Shown here in pieces: positions 53,129 through 61,762 of a DNA stretch of 64,000 bases. Made by a program: the position numbers and the translations under genes. Each line of letters begins with the position of its first letter. The first letter of the stretch is position 1. Location of the stretch: assembly GCA_964016885.1 (NCBI GenBank), contig OZ024742.1:316758001-316822000 (forward strand), in the 5' to 3' direction. The stretch is from Eledone cirrhosa (lineage: Eukaryota). The notes beneath the pieces were generated by a model that was given only the letters and a program-made list of their open reading frames with translations, was not told where the DNA came from and made no database searches.

Positions 53129-55413
53129 CCTTGAATCTCAGTCATTGATGTTGGTTAACTGGAAAGTCCGTTGGATTGAATATCAAGCCACTACCTGCAG
53201 CCTCAGATATTCAGGACGTATCGGAGGGTTCTTGCTGTTCCAAGCAAGCATGCCTTTTGAAGCGTTCCAAAAAGCGTGAAGGGGCCGATTTTCTTTAACC
53301 ATCCCTGGAAACTTTTGGAGATAGTCCCCAGTGCGCCTATGACAATTGGGATCACTTTGACTTCATGGCAGTTCCAAATCCTTTTCACCTCCCACTTTAG
53401 GTCCTGGTATCGGTTAATTTTCTCCCTCTCCTTCTCTTGCACTCTCGTGTCGAACGGGCAGGCCACATCCACAATCAGACACGATTTTTTTTCTTTGTCC
53501 ACAACCACCAGGTCAGGTCTATTGTGTTCCAGTTTTTTGTCCGTCTGTATCCTAAAATCCCACAGCACCTTCACCTGATTGTTCTCCATCACCGCCTCTG
53601 GCCTATGCTCATACCATTTCTCAGAATGTGGTAAATTGTTTACTTTGCACAGGTGCCAGTGGATCACCCTGCCTATCACATCGTGTCTCCAGCCCTTATA
53701 GTGGGTCTGGGCTAGGTGTTTACACTCGGACACAATGTGAGCCACAGTCTCCTCTCTCTCTCCACAGATCCTGCACAGTGGGCTAGCCTCCTCCTTGTAA
53801 ATATGGTGCTTCAACCACTTCGTTTTGAGGGCCTGCTCCTGCGCAGCCATTAGCATTCCTTCTGTAGCCTTTTTGAGGTCTCCTCTTCTCAACCAGTTCC
53901 ATGTCTGTAGATCTCTAAATTCAGTTTTCTCAAAGAAAGTACTATGAAGGGATTTTCCCTTAAGGCTGCTCTTCCTCCTTGATGTTATTTCCTCCTTGGA
54001 CATCCCCTGGCCTACTGTCCCCTCCTTCAGTACAGTTCTGAGCATTGGCTCCTTACTATAGGTCACGTATTTGTATAGGTTGTTTTTCTCCATCCGAACA
54101 CAGTCCTCTATGCTGATAAGACCTCTTCCACCCTCAGATCTCCTTAGGTAGAGTCTATCGACATCACTCCTCTTGTGGAACATGTTGTAGATAGTCAATA
54201 GCTTCCTAGTCTTCCTATCCATTTCTTTTTGTTCAGCAACATTCCATCTCAGAATTCCCGCACTGTACCTAATAATAGACACAGCTCGGGAATTTACTGC
54301 GCTTATGGCATTTCTGCTGTTCAGATGTGACTTCAATACGCTCCTTACTCTCCGAATGTATTCAGTTCTTAACAATTCCTTCATTTTTTTGTTCTTTATG
54401 CCATCAGCCTCCAGAACGCCCAAATACTTGTATCCTTCCTCAGAGTCAATTTCCTTTATCATTTCACCTGTTGGTATCTGGATCCCGTTACTTCTGCTCA
54501 ACCTACCCTCCTCATCACAATGACTCCACATTTACCAATACCAAACTGCATACATATATCATTGCTGAAAATACGGACAGTGTCAACAAGCACATCCAAC
54601 TCCTTCTCACTTTTCCCGAAGAGCTTAAGATCGTCCATGAAGAGGAGGTGATTGATGGTAAGCTCTCCCCTTCCCAACTTGTATCCTGCTCTCACTTTTC
54701 GCAGCATAATGGTCAAGGGCATCAGGGCAAGGACAAACAACAGAGGGGACAGGCTATCTCCCTGGAAGATACCTCTCTTGATCTTCACGCTTCCCAAGGA
54801 TACTCCAGTTGATGTCAACTCTGTCTCCCAGGACCCCATACTCCTGCCCAGCAACTGTCTGATGTTGTCTGCCACCCTGAAGATCTCCAGGCTTTTGGTG
54901 ATCCAAGAATGAGGCACCATGTCAAATGCCTTTCTGTAGTCTATCCATCCCATGGCAAGATCAGTGTGTCTCCTCCTGCAATTCCCCATTACCATCTTAT
55001 CAATAAGTAACTGGTCCTTTGTACCACGTGACTTCTTTCGGCATCCTTTCTGTTCGTCCGGTAACAAGTTGTTTGTGTGGAGGTGATGGTAGATTTCCTC
55101 AGACACAATGCTCGTCAACAGTTATCACATTACGGACAGACATGTGATAGGTCTATAGTTGGTAACATCATTACCCTTGATTCGGTCTTTCATTATCAGA
55201 ACTGTGGTACCTTTTGTCAACCACTCTGGCACCTCACCCGACACCAAGCAGTCATTGAACATGGCCGTCAGCTTCGGGTGGAGGGATGTTAAATGTTTAA
55301 TCCAATACCCCTGCACACCATCTGGGCCTGGTGATTTCCAGTTGGTTAGTTTTTTGGCCTGCCCCTTAAGAGTTTCAACTGTGATACTCAAATCAGTTTG
55401 TTGTTGTGCCTGC
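53129..55413 (-). mobile_element. R4/Dong-clade RLE LINE, lacking its 5' part, two frameshifts, bounded by (TAA)n on both sides
   Basis: [84 protein letters not shown] motifs across ORF pieces 55391-55125, 55118-54498 and 54531-53203. Confidence 0.95.
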
Positions 55414-55437
55414 TATTATTATTATTATTGTTGTGCC

Positions 55438-55471
<34 letters not shown>

Positions 55472-55670
55472 GAATGCCATGGTTGACGGAGGCTCGGCTC
55501 TGTAAGGTATAGTAATTTTTAACCGTTAAAACAATTGTAAATTGTTTAAAACTTGAACCAAATTGTTGATAAAGACACCCTCCTCCTCGTGAGAGGGGTC
55601 TTTCTGTCCGTTATTTGGCCCTTCGGGGTTAAATAGCCAGTTATTGGGGTTTTGTACCCAAAATTTCATT
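55472..55670 (+). promoter_or_regulatory. structured 5' leader of the Tx1 element
   Basis: ACGGAG/CTCTGT, AAACAAT/ATTGTTT, AAAGAC.CCCT/AGGGGTCTTT and a 12-bp stem GTTATTTGGCCC-TTCG-GGGTTAAATAGC. Confidence 0.55.
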
Positions 55671-55684
55671 TTAAAAAAAAAAAC

Positions 55685-57778
55685 ATGGCTACCAAAAAAA
55701 AAAAATTTCATACGTCACTCCCACTCATTCCGTCTTCTTCTTCCTCAATCATCACTACAGGAGAGAGAAGATTGTCTCTCTCCCTCCCTTCTTTAAATGT
55801 GTCTCTCTCCCTACCTTCTCTTTCGCAAGCGACGAAAGAAAAGAAAAGTCTCGTGCAAAGCGTGCAAGGTTTCTCCACGACGACGACGACAGCGACGAAA
55901 CAGGTGTGCGGGAAATACGAAAACCCAGTTCATTCGTCTGACGTCAGGAATAATAGCAGTAGCAGCCGTAATAACAACAGCAACAGTGACAATGAAAACA
56001 ACAGTAGCAGCCGCAACAGCATCACCAGCAGCATAAACAACAACAGCATTAGCAGCAGCAACACCAACAACAACCACAGCAACAGCGGCGGAGGCAGTAG
56101 TCGTAGTACCTGCAGCAACAACAAAAGTACCAGCAGCTCTGACGACAACAACAACAGCAGAGAAAAACCAATCTCATTTGCAGGTATTGCGAAAAACCTG
56201 GAAACAATCCTCATAACAAATGAGGAATTAGAGGAAGCGAAGAAGATGGTGACAAAGAACGGACACCGAGCAATCTGCAAGGCAGCGAAAAATTTTTTCG
56301 AAACCCAAGAGCACTGTACGGTCACGTACCGTACAGTAAGTACAAAATCCCGTAGGGTGGAAAGAGCCACAGAGGCCCAAATACAAAAAGCCTTGGGGTC
56401 TGTGTGGCAGAGGAAAACGCACATCACCCGAGGCAAAAAATACGCCACCGTAGACGTACTTTTTGCCACACCCCAGGAGGCAAAGGCCCAATCAGTAGTG
56501 ACCCTAAGGAGCGAGGAAATGGTGTTGGTGCCCTCCTACTGCGGGCAAAAAATTGTGAGGGTCAAACTGACCCACGTCCCCCCCGGAATGACCCCTTCTT
56601 GGCTGGCCGCGTCTGTCCTCGTCGGAATCGAGGACAAAACAACTGTACTGCAAGTACAGAAAAAAGTAAGAGAAGATTGGGTCGGCTCCTCCATTGAGAT
56701 GCTAATCCAAACCAACCAGGAGTGCATCGAAGCTATCCCGGATGTGATAGACTTCGATAACGGCACTCAACTGCCCATAAGTGTTGAGGGCAAACGCCCG
56801 AAATGCTTTCGCTGTGGATCGAAGACTCACCTCAGGGCCTTCTGCAACGAGAAGACCCTGAGAAAGGAGAAAACCCCCCTCCTCCCGAATCCGGTTCCAC
56901 GGCTACCAGCAACAGGACAAGCGGCAACCAGGAACGATAGGTCCGTGGCACCCATACCCACTCCACGGAAATCAAAGACAGCAGCAGCAGTGGAAATATT
57001 AACAACAACAACAGCAATACCAAATGCAGCTGCAACAGAGACTCCAGTGCAAACATCACCAACAACAACAAGTGAAAGAGTGGAGCTGGTACCCCTCCCC
57101 GACCTTACAGAATCAGACATGGAGTGTGAGGTGGGAGAGGGATGGCAAAAGGTCTCAAGAAGGCACAAACGCAGAAGCAGCGCATCGTCGCCTTTGAAAA
57201 GGGAGGAAAGAAATGAGAAAAGGGTAAAGTCTACTGCAAAGAGACCCACAGCAGCAACACCACCAACACCATCACCACCCACACCAGCACCACCATCACC
57301 ACCGGCGACAACCCCACCGCCAACAACACCTTCAACACCACAAGCACCAACATCGCAAACACAACAACAAAACACACACACCCAGCAACAACGACAAGAA
57401 AATAGCAGAACCACACCCCACCCCCAGAAAAACAAATGCACGGCAATAAACACACACAACAAGAAACTAATGACTTACATAATTGAACACACAGACATTT
57501 CACAACAGGACTACATAATACCAGCACCAATCAAAACGCCAACTAACATAAGACTGCTAAAAATAGCACAGAAACAATACACAAACATTAAAACGAAATT
57601 CCCCAACGCAGTTGGTGATTTCAGGGACCTAGGAGGAACCATTAATCGAAGAGTATATTCAGACATTCTCTTAGAAGAGCCGACGACCAGCCGAAGGGAC
57701 GATTCAACGGTCCCTTCACCAGACGATCAAGTGAAAAGGGATGTAAAAACCATCCCTCCTCTACCAAAAATACGGTAA
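55685..57778 (+). CDS. Tx1 ORF1p (697 aa from first ATG), nucleic-acid chaperone with CCHC zinc knuckle
   Basis: uninterrupted ORF; CFRCGSKTHLRAFC (CX2CX4HX4C); WQKVSRRHKRR; S/N-rich and P/T-rich low-complexity segments; the ORF-track start at 55652 is a TTG. Confidence 0.92.
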   Translation: MATKKKKFHTSLPLIPSSSSSIITTGERRLSLSLPSLNVSLSLPSLSQATKEKKSLVQSVQGFSTTTTTATKQVCGKYENPVHSSDVRNNSSSSRNNNSNSDNENNSSSRNSITSSINNNSISSSNTNNNHSNSGGGSSRSTCSNNKSTSSSDDNNNSREKPISFAGIAKNLETILITNEELEEAKKMVTKNGHRAICKAAKNFFETQEHCTVTYRTVSTKSRRVERATEAQIQKALGSVWQRKTHITRGKKYATVDVLFATPQEAKAQSVVTLRSEEMVLVPSYCGQKIVRVKLTHVPPGMTPSWLAASVLVGIEDKTTVLQVQKKVREDWVGSSIEMLIQTNQECIEAIPDVIDFDNGTQLPISVEGKRPKCFRCGSKTHLRAFCNEKTLRKEKTPLLPNPVPRLPATGQAATRNDRSVAPIPTPRKSKTAAAVEILTTTTAIPNAAATETPVQTSPTTTSERVELVPLPDLTESDMECEVGEGWQKVSRRHKRRSSASSPLKREERNEKRVKSTAKRPTAATPPTPSPPTPAPPSPPATTPPPTTPSTPQAPTSQTQQQNTHTQQQRQENSRTTPHPQKNKCTAINTHNKKLMTYIIEHTDISQQDYIIPAPIKTPTNIRLLKIAQKQYTNIKTKFPNAVGDFRDLGGTINRRVYSDILLEEPTTSRRDDSTVPSPDDQVKRDVKTIPPLPKIR

Positions 57779-57813
57779 GTGGTCTTTCCCATCTTTTCCA
57801 CTCTATTTTAAAC

Positions 57814-60800
57814 ATGACCTCACTCAGAATAGGCAGCATAAATGCGCGTGGCTTGGGGTCGTCATGGAAGCAGGGTCACCTGCTCAACGACCTCAGGTCA
57901 CTAAACATAGATGTAGTGGCCATCAGCGAGACCAGAATCTCCGAAGCACGGGCCTTCGCACCGATCTTCGGCGGCTACGATGTGTACGCATCTCCCAGCC
58001 GTCCTGGATCGGGTGGAGGAGTTGCTGTGCTTTTTCGGAGAGGTTTGGATCTCGCCATACGGGCCATCTTCCTGGACCCAGAGGGTAAGCTGGTGGTGCT
58101 GGACGTGACCAGCGGAGACGGGCAAGCTTTCAGGCTAGTGGCCGTCTATGCCCCGACAGGAGCAGGGCGGCCTGATTTCTTCCGGCGTCTGGAGACCTTT
58201 CTTGGAACGTCGCGCTCTTTAGTGTTAGTGGGCGACTGGAACGGGATCTTAGATGCACGCTGGGACTGTGTGGGATTAGCGGATAGGGGTGGAGGGTGCA
58301 AGAGCCTCACCAACCTGCTCAGGCGTTTTGAACTGTCTGACAGGTACCGATTGGATTTCCCGAATGTGCCAATGTGGACTTGGACAAACCGCATAGGGTC
58401 ATCCAGATCATATCTAGATAGAGTATTTTGTAGGGAAATAGATAGGTCTAGCATAGGCTGTCCACAATTCAAGATAGTCAGCTACACGGACCACAAATTC
58501 GTGATCTGTGTGCTTGACTTAGATAGGCTGCATAGACGAGGACCCGGCTACTGGAAGCTAAACGCGTCCTTACCAGCGCGCAAGGCCTACAGAGACCGGA
58601 TTAGCGAACTAGTTAAGCGGGCGTTGACGGGGGCCATCGTCAACAACAAGTGGTGGTTTGCTCTGAAAAGAGCGATTAGAATAGAATCGATTAGGTTTAG
58701 TAAGGCTTTAGCAATAGAGAAAAATAGAGCAGAGGGAGAACTAGTTAGAAAATTAGACGAGGCGCTTAGCAAAGGCATTGCGACCGACGTGCTTGCGGCG
58801 AAATTGGCCCTTGACCAATTCTTCAATGCAAAGCACGAAGGCTGCGTTGTCAGAGCTAGGGTGCGTGCTCTCAGACACGAGGGGACGAAAGCCGTTCAAT
58901 GGGCCCGAGTGGCGGAGGCGCGTCGTGGCAACAAAGCCACGATCCGGTCTTTGGTGGACCACGACGGGCGCATGCTACTCGATCCCGGGCAAATGTGTGA
59001 AGCTTTTCAGCGACACTTCGCTCAGCTGTTCGGGGGCAGCGGGGGGCCGGGTAGAGGGATGGACTTTAGTGTCTACCTCGACGGACTGCCGCGGCTCTCG
59101 GCCACTGAGGCGAAGTGTTGCGAAAAGCCGATAACAGCCGCTGAAGTAAGGGAGGCAATGACTGGCTGCACAAGGGGTAAATCGCCTGGTTTGGATGGTC
59201 TGCCCTATGAACTTTACGTACAGATGCCAGACTTGTTCGGAGGCCTCTTGGCGGACGTCTACTGCAACTGGCAACAGAACGGGAGAATTCCCAGTTCTGT
59301 GAGCCGAGGAGCGGTGGCACTGCTGAGAAAGGATCCGAACAAGGGGGATAACATAGACAATTTCCGGCCCATAACTCTGCTAAACACAGAGTTTAAGATT
59401 TTGGCCAAGGTGCTAGCAAAGAGGTTGGCGCTTGTCGTTGGTGGTCTGGTGGGAGAGGCGCAGACATGCGCCATTCCCGACAGATCCATCCACGACAACC
59501 TCCACCTCATGCGATACATCGTAGAGAGGGTAGCTAGGGAACCTGGCACGGGTGGGTCCTTGATCAATTTAGATCAGTCGAAAGCTTTCGATAGGGTCGA
59601 CCATCGTTACCTAGCGGCAGTCCTGAGGGCGGCTGGCTTTGGGCCCGTCTTCAGAGGCTGGATCGCTGCCATGCACAGCGACATCTGCTCTGTGGTGAGA
59701 GTGAACGGTCACCTGTCGGAACCGTTCAACATCATGCGCTCGGTCCGCCAAGGATGTCCCCTCTCGTCCCTCTTGTACGTATTGACTCTCGAGCCATTAC
59801 TGCACAAACTGGAGACGTTGAGGGGAGTCCCGCGCGAACTAGGATGCGGAAGATCCGTGTCAGCATATGCGGACGATGTCACCGTAGTGGTGTCGAACGC
59901 CAAACACATCGAGGCGATCGGCACTACACTAAGAGAATACGAAGCGGTGACAGGAGCAATGATCAACCAGGAAAAGTCAGTGGGCCTGCAGCTCGGCACC
60001 TGGAGAGGCAGGTCCATGCCGTCCAACAGCGTCGTCGGGCGCTGGACGGACGGACCGGTTAAATTGCTAGGGGTCTGGTTCGGTCCGGACCTCCAGACGG
60101 ACAAAAACTGGGACGAGGTGACGAGCAGGGTGGCTTCTCTCACCCAGAAATGGGCGGAGAGGAAGCTATCCCTGAAAGGTCGAGCGGAGGTGGCTAACGC
60201 GTACATCGCGTCTGTCATCTGCTACCGCCTAACCGTCGTACCTTGTCCTAAGCCTCGCCTGACTGCGCTGGAGCGTTTGCTCTTTCGCTTTTTGTGGAAG
60301 GGACGTGCTCCGATGGTCAGGCGGTCCATCTGTTGTCAACACCCGCTACGTGGAGGGCTGGGCATGCCGTGGCTGATGATGCGCAGGCACGCGCTCAGGC
60401 TACGACATCTCCACCTCTTCCTCGACGGTGATCAGGTGTGGTCGCCGTTTGCTAGACGCGTTTTTCCCCAGCTCGTTTCCTTGACGGAGCTGCAGTCCTG
60501 GGTCAAGCGAAGACCGAGAGGGAGCGCCTGGAGACTGGAATGTCTTCAGGCGCTCACAGCCCTCGACCAATCGGGCAATGTGATCGGTGGAAACTCCACC
60601 TCGGCGTTCTATAGAGGATTAGTGGAGGGGAAGAGCGACGACGTACTTGGGGAAACTCTAGGCGTCGACGAAAATCAACTAGCCAATCTCTTCGGAAGAA
60701 CTTTCGGGCCAGGGCCTATGGACAACTTCCAGAAATCTCTGGCCTGGCAGTGCTACCGAGGAGCCTTGCCAGTTCGGGATAAACTCTACAGGCATGGAGG

Positions 60801-61233
60801 TGCCGTCAGCCGGGCATGTCCGAGATGCGCGCAGGGCGACGAAACCGTCCTGCACGCACTCATCCAGTGTCCGAAAATTGCTGACTTGTGGGTTTATGTC
60901 GAACACCTGCTGTCGCGTTTAGGACGGATCCAGCTATCATCTGAGTCCATCGTGAGGATTGCCCCGCCCTCCTCCTTTAGCCGGGAAGGGCAGGCAGTTT
61001 TTATCTGTCTGGTGGCCATGGCGAAAGAGATAGTATGGTGGACACGTTTGAAAGGGCTGAAGACGAGCACTTACCTCTTCGGTGATGCTCTGATTGACTT
61101 TTTCAAATTTCATTTGAAAAGGAAAATCAGAGTAGAGAGGGAAGTGCTCTCTTCCCAGCATTTTGTTGAAAGATGGGTGAGAGAAGCAAGAATGGCCCGA
61201 GTGAATGGGCCGACTCTGAGTATATATCTGTAA
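57814..61233 (+). CDS. Tx1 ORF2p (1139 aa): APE endonuclease + reverse transcriptase + C-terminal CCHC
   Basis: INARG, SET, VYAP, GDWN, YLDRVF, TDH (APE); KSPGLDG, NFRPITLLN, LDQSKAFDRV, VRQGCPLS, YADD (RT); CPRC..ETVLHALIQC. Confidence 0.97.
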   Translation: MTSLRIGSINARGLGSSWKQGHLLNDLRSLNIDVVAISETRISEARAFAPIFGGYDVYASPSRPGSGGGVAVLFRRGLDLAIRAIFLDPEGKLVVLDVTSGDGQAFRLVAVYAPTGAGRPDFFRRLETFLGTSRSLVLVGDWNGILDARWDCVGLADRGGGCKSLTNLLRRFELSDRYRLDFPNVPMWTWTNRIGSSRSYLDRVFCREIDRSSIGCPQFKIVSYTDHKFVICVLDLDRLHRRGPGYWKLNASLPARKAYRDRISELVKRALTGAIVNNKWWFALKRAIRIESIRFSKALAIEKNRAEGELVRKLDEALSKGIATDVLAAKLALDQFFNAKHEGCVVRARVRALRHEGTKAVQWARVAEARRGNKATIRSLVDHDGRMLLDPGQMCEAFQRHFAQLFGGSGGPGRGMDFSVYLDGLPRLSATEAKCCEKPITAAEVREAMTGCTRGKSPGLDGLPYELYVQMPDLFGGLLADVYCNWQQNGRIPSSVSRGAVALLRKDPNKGDNIDNFRPITLLNTEFKILAKVLAKRLALVVGGLVGEAQTCAIPDRSIHDNLHLMRYIVERVAREPGTGGSLINLDQSKAFDRVDHRYLAAVLRAAGFGPVFRGWIAAMHSDICSVVRVNGHLSEPFNIMRSVRQGCPLSSLLYVLTLEPLLHKLETLRGVPRELGCGRSVSAYADDVTVVVSNAKHIEAIGTTLREYEAVTGAMINQEKSVGLQLGTWRGRSMPSNSVVGRWTDGPVKLLGVWFGPDLQTDKNWDEVTSRVASLTQKWAERKLSLKGRAEVANAYIASVICYRLTVVPCPKPRLTALERLLFRFLWKGRAPMVRRSICCQHPLRGGLGMPWLMMRRHALRLRHLHLFLDGDQVWSPFARRVFPQLVSLTELQSWVKRRPRGSAWRLECLQALTALDQSGNVIGGNSTSAFYRGLVEGKSDDVLGETLGVDENQLANLFGRTFGPGPMDNFQKSLAWQCYRGALPVRDKLYRHGGAVSRACPRCAQGDETVLHALIQCPKIADLWVYVEHLLSRLGRIQLSSESIVRIAPPSSFSREGQAVFICLVAMAKEIVWWTRLKGLKTSTYLFGDALIDFFKFHLKRKIRVEREVLSSQHFVERWVREARMARVNGPTLSIYL

Positions 61234-61515
61234 ACTAAAGGTGGAAAACTGGGAGAGGGCACTTGCCTTGGTGGTCAGGGTCATTGTGGCTTTTTACTGG
61301 GCTTTCTCCACAAATGTCCCTCCGAAGTCTCCCCCCTATTGGGGAATTTTTCATTGTTATTTTCATTGTTATTTTTGTTACATCCTCTGTTTTTGTTTTT
61401 TTACACGCAGAAATGCCCATTTGTACCGTCCTGCATTGTCCTGCACTGTCCTTAATGTCTACTTTATGTAAACCCTTGTGGTTAATAAAGAAATCATTAT
61501 TATTATTGTTGTGCC

Positions 61516-61549
<34 letters not shown>

Positions 61550-61762
61550 GAATGCCATGGTTGACGGAGGCTCGGCTCTGTAAGGTATAGTAATTTTTAA
61601 CCGTTAAAACAATTGTAAATTGTTTAAAACTTGAACCAAATTGTTGATAAAGACACCCTCCTCCTCGTGAGAGGGGTCTTTCTGTCCGTTATTTGGCCCT
61701 TCGGGGTTAAATAGCCAGTTATTGGGGTTTTGTACCCAAAATTTCATTTTAAAAAAAAAAAC

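Larger units (their letters stand above)
55472..61549 (+). mobile_element. full-length intact Tx1/L1-clade LINE, copy 1
   Basis: 5' UTR, ORF1, ORF2, 3' UTR with AATAAA (about 61484) and (ATT)n tail. Confidence 0.97.

Noticed and set aside
55472-55535. Spliced-leader or Sm-snRNA-like signal (AAG|GTATAG...AATTTTTAA)
   Set aside because: The Sm site lacks the terminal G and there is no similarity to U1, U2, U4 or U5
55570-55605. HDV-like ribozyme in the Tx1 leader (TCCTCGTG word)
   Set aside because: P1, P1.1 (GG) and P2 could not be assembled and a simple hairpin explains the segment; kept only as a structured-leader finding
57814-61233. Recent horizontal transfer of the GC-rich Tx1
   Set aside because: An old decayed homolog of ORF1 at 3.5-4.2 kb indicates long residence; not excluded, but unsupported
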